Assembly: GCA_038087875.1 (NCBI GenBank)
Contig: JAXLNO010000630.1
Coordinates: 248,001 to 311,412 of the forward strand
DNA: 63,412 nucleotides
From: Malacoraja senta
Taxonomy: Eukaryota
Direction of reading: 5' to 3'
Position numbers and translations under genes: made by a program. The notes beneath the pieces are model-generated. The model was not told where the DNA came from, searched no databases, and worked only from the letters and a program-made list of their open reading frames with translations. Positions 36,271-49,907 of the stretch are shown one piece after another; positions within the stretch are counted from its first letter, which is position 1; each line of letters begins with the position of its first letter.

Positions 36271-39200
36271 GAAAATGAATCTTTTTAAAAAAGTTTTTTG
36301 ACAAGTATATCGGAATTGTTTGAAAAAGGTATAATATTTGCGGTCAGAAAATCATTTTTATGGCATTAATTTTGCCAACCATTGAGATAGGAAGTGTTTT
36401 CCAATACTGAATATTCTTATGTAGTTTATTCAGTAATGGGGGAAAGTTTGCTTTAAATAATGATGTATATGTCTTAGTAACATAAATGCCTAGGTATTTA
36501 AATTTTTCATTTACTGTTTTAAATGGAAATTGTTGTATTATATGTTTATTATGTTCCCTTATTGGCATAATTTCACTTTTATTCCAATTTATTCTGTATC
36601 CTGAGATTGAACCAATTTGGGTTATTAGCTTTAATAAGTTTTGAATACTAATTTCTGGTTTTGTAATGTAAATTAATACATCATCTGCGTATAAAGAAAT
36701 TTTATTCACTCTATCCTTTGTGTTATACCCATATATTTCCGGATGGGTCCTAACTCTTTCTGCGAGTGGCTCTATAACAAGCGCAAATAATAATGGAGAC
36801 TACGGGCATCCTTGTCTACAACCTCTAGATAGGTTAAATTTAGATGATAACCTTTGGTCTGTTAATATTCTAGCCGTAGGGTTGGTATATAACAGTTTTA
36901 TCCATGCACAAAATTTCTCGCCCATCTGCAATTTTTCCATCACCGAATATAATTAGGGCCATTCCACCTGATCAAAAGCCTTTTCAGCATCGAATGAGAT
37001 TATTGCCAGATCTTCATTAATATTTCTCTTTGAATATATTATATTAAATAATCTTCTTAGATTGTAATATGAATACCGCTTCTGAATAAAACCTGTTTGG
37101 TCAGGGTGTATTAGTTTATTCATCACTGTACTTAATCTGTGCGCTAAAATTTTGGTTAGTATTTTCTGATCTGTATTTAAAAGTGCAATTGCTCTATATG
37201 ATCCTGGATCTTCCGGATCCTTATCAGCTTTAGGAATAAGTGTTATTATAGATTCATTTAAGGTATCTGGAAGTTTCTGTTGAGTATAAATATGTTCATA
37301 CAGCATTTGTAAACGTGGAGAAAGCAAATCATAAATTTTTTAATAGAATTCAGAGCCTAAACCATTTGGTCCTACTGCTTTACCATTTTTTAAAGATCCA
37401 ATAGACTCTTCAATATCTTTTATCGTAATCTCCGCTTCTAATAATTCTCTATCTTTTGAGTCTAAACCTTTTAAATTACATTTTTGTTAAAAATCTGCAA
37501 TTCCTTCTGGTTGTACTACAGTTTTAGTTGAGTAAAGATTATGATAGTATTGGAGAAATCTCTCATTTATATCCTTGGGCAATTTTAATAATTCTCCTGT
37601 ATCTGCTCTAATTTTATGAATTATTTTTTCCCCCTCCATTTTTTGTAGCTGACGTGCTAATAGTTTTTGTGGTTTGTCTCCAAACTCAAAATGTAATTGT
37701 TTATTATGTTGATAACGTTTTATTACTTGTTGTGAATACATTTTGTTTAGTTTATATTTCAGTACAGCAATTTTATTATGTTTTAACATAGATGGCATTC
37801 TCGCATTTTCTATATCTAGTTGCTTTATTTCCCTTTCCAGTGTTTGTTGTTTAATCCGGTTCTCTTTGTTATAAAATACTTGGGCAGAAATTAATGCGCC
37901 TCGGACAAACGCTTTGAATGTTTCCCAAATAAGAGAGACAGATGTGTCAGGGTTGTCATTTGCCTCGAAAAATGTTTACATCTGTTTAATAAGATATTCC
38001 TGACATGATCTTTCATTCAATATTTGTGGGTTAAATCTCCAATATGTTTGTTTCTCGGACATTCCATTTAATTTAATCATAAATGTTACAGGTGCGTGGT
38101 CTGAGATTATAATATTATGGTATTTTGAGTTATAAGTAAATGGGATAAACGTGGAGTCAACTGAAAAATAATCTATTCTTGAGTATGTTTTATGTACCGG
38201 TGAGTAAAATGAGTACTCCCGTCCAGTTGGGTTTTCAATTCTCCAGACATCCTTAATATTAGTGGTATTAATAAATGAATTTAAAAATACACTTGTTTGA
38301 GATTTTACTTTTTTTTGCCTTGATGATCTAACTAAATAAGAGTCTAATGTACAATTGAAATCTCCTCCAATTATTAATTTATATTGTGTAAATTCTGGAA
38401 TTATATTAAATGTTTTATTAAAAAACATAGGATTATCAAAATTAGGTCCATATACATTAAGAAGAATCACTTTTATCCCATTTAACTCTCCAACTAATAT
38501 AATATATCTACCATCTATATCTGCTATTGTTGATGAATGTGTAAAAGGTATTCCTTTACGAATTAATATTGCAACTCCTCTGGACTTGTGTGAAAAAGAG
38601 CCATGATACGATTCAGCAATCCACTTAGCTTTAAGTCTATATTGTAATTCATTTTTAAGATGTGTTTCTTGGAGGAATATTATATCTGTCTTGAGTGAAT
38701 TTAAATGTGTTAAAACTTTACCTCTCTTAATTGGTTCATTGATTCCCTTAACATTCCAACTACAAAACGTTATTCCTTCACCCCCTCTTGTCATATTACC
38801 ATATTGCATATTGTTTTAGGGTGGTCTATAGCCGAGCAGAAGGTACAACACATAAAACCTGACCTTGTCCCCGAACCTCAGATAGATGAATTTTAAATAA
38901 TATACTTCGCTCCTCCGAACACATCTCCTTGAATTAACCTTGTAGTTCCATTCAAACTTAAAATTATAACAATAATTAAAGTGAAAAAAGTGATATAGTT
39001 GATTAGTATAGGGTGAAAGAAAAAAAACTACAACGACAATTAGTGTAGTTAGTGTTAGCCACACTAGCATGGCTAGAATTCTAAAGACTTCCGTAGCCTT
39101 TGTAAAAGAAAAAAATCCTAGCTCCGCGCTAATTTTTTTTTTTTAAAAGATGATATTTCTAATAATCAAATAACTTCTTTGGGAGTTGCAAAATTTGTGT

Positions 39201-40583
39201 TTAAAAAAAAAAAAAAAAAAGGTAAACGACAGTAAAAGTTAACAACGTTATTATTCTCTAAATACCATATTAATATCTTCTTTAAGTATATATTTTTAAT
39301 TTTTAATTGAAAAATAAAGAGGAAAACCATCAACCCTTATTAATACATGGGCTAAATTACCTATTACTTATATTCCTATGGAATATATGTATGTAATCTA
39401 TTTCTACGTTAACCAGAAACTGTTAGTTATTAATCATTGTTATTAATCATACACGGTAAAAATATTTATGAATAACATAGATTTAGTAATTTTAATAGTA
39501 ATATTGATATTTAATAATTATTAGTAGTTACATGTATGGTTAAATATGAAAATACTAAATAATAATAGTGATTAGTAACAATTGATCATAACTGTGATAT
39601 TATTGTTCTTAGAGTTTATACTAAACGCGAAGAATGAATTAAAAAAATTAGAGATATTAGGAGAAATTAAAAAAAAACAACCCGAGAATCAAAAAAAAAC
39701 AGGTTTTCTCCAATGTCCATTTCAATTTTCAAACGTCCTTAAAGCTCTTAAAAGTACTTTAACGATCCTTTTAGACCTGGCGAGGTCCCGTTATTCCTTG
39801 ACTCCTGAGGAGTGATGTATATTGTTCAGTCTGCGGTCACATTCCCGATGCCTTTGGTGAATTCCAGTGCTTTTTCATGGTCTGTAAAAAATTGCTCCTT
39901 GCTCATGTAGGTGACTCTTAATGTTGCGGGATAAAGCAAGCCGTATCTCAAATCCGCTATATTCTTCAGTATTCTTTTTGTCTCAGTAAACAGCGCTCTT
40001 TTCTTGAAGACCTCCACCGGAGAGGCGTTGATTTTTGGAAAGGAGTCGATTTACAGTTTCTGCGCTTGTCGCCACACATTTCTCAAGTTCAGTTATCGCT
40101 ATAATATGTTGCTTCAGTGTCTGATGGATAGGGTCAATCTCTCCCTTAAGGCTCGATTCCACCAAAGCGATCCTGCCTTCCACCTCTTCCATCTGATCAT
40201 TGACCTCGTCGTCCCTCGACCTCTTCAAGACTTCCAATATATCCGGAACGGTAGAGAGCATTACTGCTTTAAAATCTACCTTAAAAGAGTTAAGTTCCTC
40301 TTTAAAATTCAGCTTTCCTTCAAAGGTTTTCAGCTGTGTTTGAATATTTTTTATCTCATTGGAGATAACGTTTTTAAGTTCTTCCATTTCAGATTTTCTT
40401 TGCTTTGGTTTCTTCGATGGGTCTTCCTGGAGCATCGTTGTACCTGAGGCCGAGGCCTCGGTTGGGCCTACCTCTTCCGTCGGTTGTCTCGCCTTACCAG
40501 CTTTTTTTGCCACCCTGGGGGGGGGTATGTTGTATCGACATACCGGTAAAGTGGCACGCCTGATGACGTCACTCGCAGCAGGC
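36271..40583 (-). mobile_element. L1 family c, 3'-truncated, copy 2 (more stops; 341-bp ORF1 deletion)
   Basis: Paralogue of 10515-16115; ORF fragments 36344..38809 and 39826..40585. Confidence 0.92.
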
Positions 40584-41400
40584 ATTTTCTTTATTTTTAA
40601 ACTGTACCTGGTTCCTTGTCAGCCACGGTCGCCCTTTACTCTCCTTGGAATATTTCTTTGTCTTTGGAATGAACTGATCCTGCACCTTCTGTATTATTCC
40701 CAGAAATACCTACCAATGTTGTTCCACTGTCATCCCTGCTATGGTATCTTTCCAGTCAACTTTGGCCAGCTCCTCCCTCATGGCTCCATAGTGCCCTTTA
40801 TTCAACTGTAACACTGACACCTCCAATTTACCCTTCTCCCTCTCCAATTGTAGATTAAACTTGACAATATTATGGTCACTACCTCCCAATGGCTCCTTAA
40901 CCTCAAGCTACTTTATCAAATCCGGTTCTTTACATAACACTAAATCCAGAATTGCCTTCTCCTTGGTAGGGTCCAATACAAGCTGCTCTAAGAATCCATC
41001 ACGGAGACACTCCACAAAGTCCCTCTCTTGGGATCCAGTACCAATCTGATTTTCCAAGCCTCCCTGCATGTTGAAATCTCCCATATCACTATTACCTTAA
41101 TTACATGCCAATTTTAACTCCTGAATCGACTTGCACCATATATTCAGGCTACTGTTTGGGGGCCTGTTGATAAGTCCAATTAGGTATTTTTACCCTTACA
41201 ATTCCTTAGTTCTATCCATACTGACTCCACATCTCCTGTTTCAATGTCACCCCTTGCAAGGGACTGAATTTCATTCCTCACCAACAGAGCTACCCCACCG
41301 CCTCTGCCCACCTTGTCCGTCTTTTCGATAGGAGGTATACCCTTGAATATTCAGTTCCCATCCCTGGCCCTTTTGCTGCACTGTCTCTGTAATTCCCACA
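40584..41400 (-). mobile_element. CR1 internal (endonuclease/linker region) fragment, absent from copy 1
   Basis: Similar to 53520-53890 of the longer CR1; minus strand reads ...MGDFNMQGGLENQ... in the endonuclease region. Confidence 0.8.
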
Positions 41401-43489
41401 AAAAGCCGTGCGCGTGAGATTAGATTTAGTTTTAGACATGCAGAGTGTAAACAGGCCCTTCAGCGTACCGAGTCTGCAAAGGATATTTAAAATAAAAGGG
41501 CTGTTTAAAGTTCGCAAGCTGAATCTTTTTTTTAAAAAAAATCGAATTTGAAGGAAAAGTGAAGAATTATGATGAAAATGTTCCCAAGAGCTGGCATCAT
41601 TCCGGGGAGCACTTGGTAATTTTGATAACCAATTCCACAGAGATTTTTGTGTCTCCACTTCATGCTTCAAAGATGCAAAAAGTTGTGTTTACAAGTGAAA
41701 CTTTGACAAAGTCGAACCCTATTTTAAAAGAATTTTAAATTAAAAAGAGTCTGCAGATGCTGTAAAGGAGTTCATGTGGAAGAATTAGCAACGGTTGAAC
41801 AAGCCAATTTATTTCATTTGAAGTGAAGATGCAATTTGTCTAATTTCAACTAGTTTGCCTGACCCATGGTTATTTGCCCAGCCACAAAGATATACTTGTT
41901 CTCACCCCAACAACAAAAAAAGCATGATTCGACCAAAACTGAATAGATTATTCTGCAGAGGCATTATTTAAGACTCGGCAGTACGCTGTTCTGTATCCAA
42001 CATTCCAAAAGCACTCCCATAATTAACCCGTTTAAGAAGGAACTGCTGATGCTGGAAAAATCGAAGGCAGACAAAAATGCTGGAGAAACTCAGTGGCTGA
42101 GGCAGCTTGCATCTAGACGATGCCTCACCTGCTGAGTTACTCCAGCATTTTTGTTTACCATAATTAACTCACTCCCTTCACCCAGGAGGTGGGTATATGG
42201 AACAAGCTGCCAGAGGAAGTAGTGGAGGCTGGTGCAATGGCATTTAGAAGACATTTGGACAGGACTATTTGGACTAATTGTCTGTTTCTCTAATATATAC
42301 TGAACTTTTTTTGCTGTTTAGTAAGGGTTTTACAGTGCAATATGTTTACACTACTGTTGTGCTGCTACGTAACCCGCTCCATGACACACTGAGGAGCACC
42401 TTCAGCAATAGACTATTTCCACCAAGATGCAGCATAGAATGCCACAGGAGATCCTGTTTCCCCGTGGCTATCAAACTGTACAACTCCATCCACTTCTATC
42501 GTGGGGTAGTCTCCCCTCCTCCCCCTCCCCAATCTTTGCACATCCCCAATCCTTTCCACTCGTCACTTTCATTTCCTGTTTCATGTTTATTTTATTTTAG
42601 TTTAGTTTAGAGATACAGCACGGAAATAGGCCCTTTGGCTCACCGGGCCCGCGCCGACCAGTGATCCACGCACATTAACATTAACCAGCGATCAACCCCG
42701 TACACTAGCACTACTCCACACACTAGGGACAATTATAATGTTACCAAAGCCAATTAACCTACAAACCTCCACGTCTTTGGAGTGTTGTAGTATATCGAAG
42801 ATCTTGGAGAAAACCCACGCAGGTCACGGGGAGAACATACAAACTCCGTAGACACAGCACCCGTAATCGGGATCGAACCTGGGTCTCCGACGTTGCATTT
42901 GCGGTAAGGTAGCAATTCTACCGCTGCGCCACCATGACCGCCTTTACCTTGTGTTTTATGACTGTTTGCAGATCAATTTCTGTCCTGGGATAGATAAATT
43001 TCTATTGTATCATAAAAAAGTATTTAATTGTTAATTTTGGGACATATGACAATAAAGCACTCTTGACAGATACATGGATTGGATAGGTATGGAGAGATAT
43101 GGAGCACATTCAGCCAGATGGGACTAGTGTAGATGGAGCATCTTGGTCAATGTGGGCAAGACAAAATGTGCAGGAACAGCAGATGCTGGTTTACACTGAA
43201 GAAAGACACAAAATGCTGGAGAAACTCAGCGGGACAGGCAGATTACACCTCAGCGATATGAATATTAATTTCTCCAACTTCAAATAACCCTTGCCTTCCC
43301 TCTCTCTCTATCCCTCCCCCACCCTAGTTCAACTAGCCTCATTGTCCTGTGAAATGTCACCTATCCATGTTTTCCAGAGATGCTGCCTGACCCGCTGAGT
43401 AAGTGCAGCACTCTGTGAAACGTCACCTATCCATGTTCTCCAGAGATGCTCCCTGACATTTGCCGTTTCACATTGTACAAGTCTGAATC

Positions 43490-46408
43490 CTTTTGTTCAG
43501 TGTTTGTTCACTTGCAAGATATGAAGTATTTTAAATTTACATGGATGAACCAATTAGGGCAGTTCAAAGCTCTGCCTAAAGGGTTAACGTTCCCTTCCAG
43601 AATATTTATAAAAATCAATTCTGGGGTTGCTGAGAGCCAGGGGCATGTACTAATGGCATACCTGGATGATGTCCTGATTATAGGAAGGACAAAACAGTCA
43701 ACAGAAACATCGGTTGCAGTAATAAAATCAAACTTTTGAAAGTTTGGGGGTTTCTAAATTCATCCAAAGAAATCAAGGTTAAAAACATGTACCTCGATTA
43801 ATTATTTGGGGTTCACAATTGATTTAGCCCAAATGCAAATTACTTTGCCCAGTGAAAAAAGGGTGGAGTTGATTAAAGATTGCAGTAATCTGTTAAACGA
43901 GCAAAAACCTCTAATCAGACAGGTGGCTCGAGTACTGGGAAAATTAGTAGATTCCCAGCAGTCCAGTATGGACCATTACATTATCAACAGCTGCAGAGAA
44001 TTAAAGAACAGGCACTGAGAGTATGCTGGTCATTTTGATAGAACCATGCAAGTAACAACAAATGCTGTTTCTAAGCTGCAGTGGTGGATTCTACATGTCT
44101 CAAGTAGTTCAGGTAAAGTGCTGATTGAACAACCTTCCATGATATTACAAACTGATGCCAGTGCAATAGGATGGGGTGCAACTGACTTAACATGGAGCTG
44201 CGGAGGCAGATGGAATCAGGAAAAGTTAGAGTTACTGCAGACATGGGGAATTACCTATTTGGAGCTTTTAGGAGGTTTTCTATGGACTCCAAGCTTATGG
44301 TTCTAACACAACTAAAAGGAAGGTTCAAGTTCAAATTAATAAACACAACAGTAGTTGCCTATATTAATGATATGGGTGGAATTAAATCGGTGTCATGTGA
44401 CAAAATGGTTAAATCAACTTGGGTCTTGGTGTATTGAAAAGAACATTTGGTTTTCAGCTATCTATCTACCAGGTAGAATGAACACGATAGCAGACACCTG
44501 GTCACGAAAAGTTCCATGATAATAAAGAATGGATGTTGAATCAAGAGGTATTCAATGATATAGTAATCAGATTTGGAATGACCGACATCGACTTGAATCA
44601 TCAGCTATCGAGATATGTCTCATGGAAACCAGATCCAGGAGCAGTGGCGATTGATGCTTTCTCACTACATTGGGGTGGTATGTTTTCATATATATTTCCA
44701 CCTTTCTGCCTCATAAGCCAATGTTTGCTTAAAATCAGGCAAGATGCTGCTTCAAGGGTATTGGTAGTACCAGATTGGCCTATACAGCCATGGTATCTGT
44801 TGATATTAGAATTAACAACACAAATGTTGATGAAAGTCCCAAAAAGGAGTAATTTATTGCTGCACCCTGTAACAGGGTAACAACATCCATTATATCATCG
44901 TTTGGATTTGTTGATTTGCAGGTTTTAAGAATGCCTTTTCTGGGACGAGGACTGTCTGAGCATACTGTGGACATGCTTACGGCAGCCGGCAGGAAGAGCA
45001 CTCAAAAACAGTACCTTTCTTATATTAAGAAATGGGAAGAGTTCTGTGTACAAAAGAATGTGCAATAAAGTACTGCAGATATTTCAAATGTTTAGAATTT
45101 CTGTCAAAACTTTGTTATGATGAAGGTCTGAGTTGTAGTGCAATTAATTCAGCCAGAAGTGCATTGTCCTCATATTTGGTTCTGGATTCAGAAAGAAACT
45201 CAATTGGGTCACACCCAATTGTTTCCAGACTAATGAAAGGAATCTTTAATTCCAAACCACCGAAACCTAGGTACGTGACAATCTGGGATGTAAGTGTGGT
45301 ACTGAAACTACTTCGTGAATGGTCATCAAGTGTGTCTTTACCTTTGGTCAAGCTCAGTATGAAAGTATTCATGCTTATGGCATGAGTGACAGCACAACGA
45401 GTGCAAACACTTGGAAAATTACAAATAGACAGTATGGAAGTAACTGAAGACAAGGTTACATTCTATATCTATGACATACTAAAGTAAATTAGGCCAGGTG
45501 TGACAGGATTTAAAATTATGCTAGCAGCATATCCAAATGATCCATGTCTCTGTATTAAGACATATTTATTACAATACATTGAGGTCACAAAGAATTTGAG
45601 AATACGGAAACTGGGTTGTTGATCACACACAAGAAACCACACAAGAGAGTTTCAATACAGACTATTTCCAGATGGATAAAAGAAGTCTTAACAGCTGCTG
45701 GTATTAACGCTTATGTTTTTACGTCTCACTTGCCTAGGGCAGCAGAAACGTCGGCGGCCAGGGCAAAAGACGGCCCCGTCGACCATATCCTCGCAGCCGC
45801 CGGGTGGTCCAATGAGTTGATGTTTCAACATTTTTACCATCGGCCTATTGTTAATGCGGGGTTGTTTGCAGAAACTATTTTAAGTTCTGTGTAAATTCCT
45901 CTGGTTTAAAGGGGATCTGATTCATTTCATTATTGAAATGAAATACTGCATTTGTGGTACAAATGTTATTATGAATGCATGATTGATTATTCTCGTTCCG
46001 AGTCAATCTATGCAGTGAGAAGCCGGGATTGATCCACGGCATGAAATCACAAAGCTTTAAAATCTTCACGTAGTCACTCACGTGACTCCGAAGTAAAATA
46101 GTAAGATTAAACGAGAACATACCTAAGTTTGAAGTTTGATCTTTATTTTATGAGGAGTTACGTAGGTGATTACGTGCCCACCACGACCCTACCCTCTATC
46201 ATAAAGCTCAGATGGAAGTTCTTGTATTACTCGTTTTATTATGAGACTATATTACTTCGGTTGTTGTTTTTTGTGATTTCACACCGCTGCTTTGAAGATT
46301 GACGCGCAGGCGCACTGGCGGGGTTCTTCATGTAATCACCTACGTAACTCCTCATAAAATAAAGATCAAACTTCAAACTTAGGTAAGTTCTCGTTTAATC
46401 TTACTATT
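43490..46408 (+). mobile_element. DIRS1-type element C, 5'-truncated within RT, same subfamily as A/B
   Basis: Remnants of RT (AYLDDVL), RNase H (QTDASAIGWG), MT (YIFPPF) and YR (SHLPRAA...GWS...FYHRP); ICR ~46063-46177; right terminus ...TAATCTTACTATT. Confidence 0.93.
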
Positions 46409-46741
46409 CTACTTTGCACTTGACCAAAAACCAGAAGGTATTTTACTTGTCTAAATGTCTCACCCAGCTAGATTTTAAAATAAGCCTGCATTTTTCAACG
46501 TGGTTTAAGTGGAAAACTACAATTTTACTTCGGAGTCACGTGAGTGACTACATGAAGAAGGCCGTCAAGCAGCATGCATGCCATTACGACTGACGCATTG
46601 CGCAACGACTGACTGGTGGGCGCGTCGCTCCTTCCAGTGGTAAGTTTAAAACGCTCAGGTAAGTGCTTATACTTTATCTGAGGTCGTTGCTCCCGGTTCG
46701 TTTACTGTTTGTTCACAGAGTACTCGAACTTTGCGGAGAAT

Positions 46742-47984
46742 ATGTCTAAGGTGAAGAGGCGGGCCGCAGCGAAGCCGACTGCTGAAGACCGCGGGCCTCC
46801 GGGTAGCGGGCGGCCGCCAATTTCGCCTTCAGGGTCGCTAGCAGAGGAGCCAGCGGCTACAGACTTGGTGCCGACAGTAAGCACCTTGGCTACCCCGCAG
46901 GGGAGAAAAGCCACCAGGAAGTCTGTCAGGGCCCTGGACTCGGATGAGTCGGGCCAGGAGGATTCTCCTCCTTCTATGGGCAGTGTTTTTGGGAGACTGA
47001 CCCACATGGAGCACCTAATGGAGATGTTGCTGCAAAGCGATATGCTCCAAAGAAGGGAGCTATCTGAGCCCGGGTATTATGGAGAACCCACGGCAGCGGC
47101 ACCTGTCTCAGGGCTGCATAATGTCTCCCTCTCTATCGAGGGGAGCGTGAGAGGCCAGTTTTACACTCTCAGATTACGGAGGCACAGCTGGGGAGCATGC
47201 TTCAAGGCATGAGGGGCAAGCCTCGGGAGTACTTCCCATGGCATCCAAATTTGCCATATCTGCCCAATCAGGGGTACCACTGGGAGAGGATTTAGACTTG
47301 AGCATTAATTATCTGTCCTCTCACCAGCTCCAAGATCAGACCATGGAGGAAACCACTACCAAATATCATACAATAAACTGTGCCTCATTGAATGTCCCGG
47401 CAGTGAATCACTCCATTTGGGGACACATTGGAGGGGGCGTCAGAGCCCAGGAGGTAAAACTACAAAAAAAATTAAGATTACTTGCCTCAGGCATCACGGC
47501 CTTTGCCAGGTCGGTGGATGGGGGAGGGGGGGGAAGGGGCCTCTCTGATGTTCAACAGGATGCCATGGCATTAATGTGCAATGCACATTTTGAAATTAAT
47601 TGTCTCCGAAAGAATGCCATCCGTCCAGCTCTGAACCCAAAATTTGCAGCATTGTGCAAGGCCGGGAACATCCAACCACCTAATCTCCTGTTCGGAGAAG
47701 ATCTGCCTAAGCAGCTCAGGGAGCTGGATGATGAGGCTAAAACTGTCGGCTGTATGAAGGCCCCAACACCTTCCAAGACTTCATCCTTCTGGCGGCAGTA
47801 CCCCTATCCTCCTCTCTACACCAGACGGTTCGCCGGATATGGTGGGCATCACGTACAACAGGCACAGAGGCCTTTTTTAGGGAAGGGCCCAGGCCGGGCC
47901 ATGTTCAGGATGCGCTGATGGCGCCCTCCAACAGCCCTACCCCCCAGACCTCGGGGGCAGAAGCAAACACCATACTGCCGATAA
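46742..47984 (+). pseudogene. DIRS D gag-like ORF1 (frameshifted)
   Basis: MSKVKRRAAAKP..., VPAVNHSIW, LRKNAIRPALN, LLFGEDL, RPFLG; homologous to the A/B gag pieces. Confidence 0.8.
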
Positions 47985-49907
47985 CCACTGAGGTAAGTGA
48001 GTCTGGTTGTTTGCGTAACACAGTTTCGATGGATCTGTTACAAGTTGGGGGGAGATTACAATTTTTCTTATATGAATGGCGTTGGATAATATCTGACCCG
48101 TTTATACTGCGCAGTATACAAGGTTTCCAAATTGATTTCTTTTCAATTCGCCTCCACCCACACAGCATACACCGAGATGCACTTTTGTTCCTTCACAACA
48201 GGAGTGTGCGAATGCACAAGCTGAAATAGAATCTTTACTCAAGAAAGGGGTAATTGAGAGGTCGAATCATGAGTCTCACCAATTTGTGTCCAATATATTT
48301 ACTAGGCAAAAGAAGGATGGAGGATGCCGAATCATCCTTGATTCGACTGAGCTTAACACCTTTGTGCAGTTTAAACACTTCAAAATTGAATACTTTGTTA
48401 CTGCCAGACAACTGGTTTCCAAGGGGTGTTACATGGCATGCATGGACCTCAAAGATGCTTACTATTCGGTGGCCATTCATGTAGACCACGTGAGATATTT
48501 GAAGTTTAGCTGGATGGGGCAATTGTGGCAGTTTAAAGCATTGCCTAATGGGTTAACCTCAGCCCCAGACTATTCACAAAATAGTCCTGGGGCTACTCAG
48601 GGCACAGAATCATATAGTCATGGCATACTTGGATGACATCTTAATCATTGGGAAGACTATGGAATTAGCTGAATTATCTGTGTCAGCTACCAAACTCATG
48701 TTTGAGAGACTGGGGTTCCTAATCCATCCAGTTAAGTCCAAATTGGTATCATCTAGAGTAATTGATTATTTGGAATTCACCATTAACTCAATTCACATGT
48801 CAGTGACTCTCCCTTGGGGCAAGCAATTAGAATTAATTGAAGCCTGCAGTACCCTCATTGTTGAGAACCAACCTTCTATTAGACATGTGGCTAGTATAAT
48901 TGGCAAGTTAGTAGCTGCTTTCCCAGCTGCTCAGTTCGGGCTTTTGCACTCAAAACTTACATCGTGCAAAGGAGCAGGCACTCAAACTTCATAGAGGTCA
49001 CTTCAATAGACCCATGCAGTTGCCAGCTGAAGCCATTGCTGAGTTATAATGGTGGGTGACCAATATTCAGTATTGCTCTAGTACTATTTTAGTTGATACA
49101 CCATCAGTTATCCTGCAAACTGATGCCAGTGCTCTAGGTTGGGGTGCTACCAACAACGTCTCAAGCTGCAGTGGCAGATGGAATCTGCAGGAATCATCGA
49201 TGCTTCAGTCACATGGTATTAACTACTTAGAGTTGTTGGGAGCACTCTATGGGTTAAAGGCTTATTGTAGCAATATGCATCATGTGCATGTTCAACTTCA
49301 GGATGACAACACTACAGCAGTGGCATACATTAATCACATGGGTGGAAGTAAGTCTGTATCCTGTGATAAATTGTCTAACCTCATTTGGCACTGGTGTATT
49401 ATGAGAAACATCTGGGTTTCATCTATCTACTTACCAGATAGATATAACATGGTGGCGGACAACAGGTCACGGGAATTCAATGACAACAAAGAATGGATGT
49501 TGAATCATGAAGTGTTTAACGACATTGTCGTTCGGTATGGTGTACCTGACATTGATCTGTTTGCATCCAGACTAAATCATCAGTTACCAAATTACGTTTC
49601 ATGGGAACCAGACTCAGGAGCAGTAGCAGTAGATGCATTTTCGCTACACTGGGGTGGAAAGTTCTTGTATGTGTTTCCCCCAATTTGCCTCATCAGTCGA
49701 TGCTTGGCCAAGATCAAGCAAGACTCCGCCTCTGGCATATTGGTAGTACCAGACTGGCCCAGTCAGCATTGGTTCCCACTCATCCTAGCTATGATTACAC
49801 AGCCTTTTATGGCTGTCCCCAAAAGCAGAAAGCTGCTGGTACATCCTGTGACAGGGGAAAGCCATCCTCTTCATGACCGAATAAATTTGTTGGTTTGCAG
49901 ATTCTGA
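47918..49907 (+). pseudogene. DIRS D RT-RNaseH-methyltransferase-like ORF (frameshifted)
   Basis: VGGRLQFF..EW, SNIFTRQKKDGGCRIILD, DLKDAYY, YLDD, TDASALGWG, INYLEL, DNTTAVAYINHMGG, DLFAS, FPP. Confidence 0.93.

Larger units (their letters stand above)
629..43475. repeat. Tandem segmental duplication: unit 1 (<=629-18042) and unit 2 (<=20360-43475)
   Basis: Collinear, near-identical unique and TE sequence. Offset is 19125 at the left and 25433 at the right; homology ends after CCGTTTCACATTG. Confidence 0.95.

Noticed and set aside
49500..49800. Methyltransferase plus recombinase as a prokaryotic or phage defence/integration system
   Set aside because: These are the standard MT and YR domains of DIRS1 retrotransposons, lying within DIRS termini.
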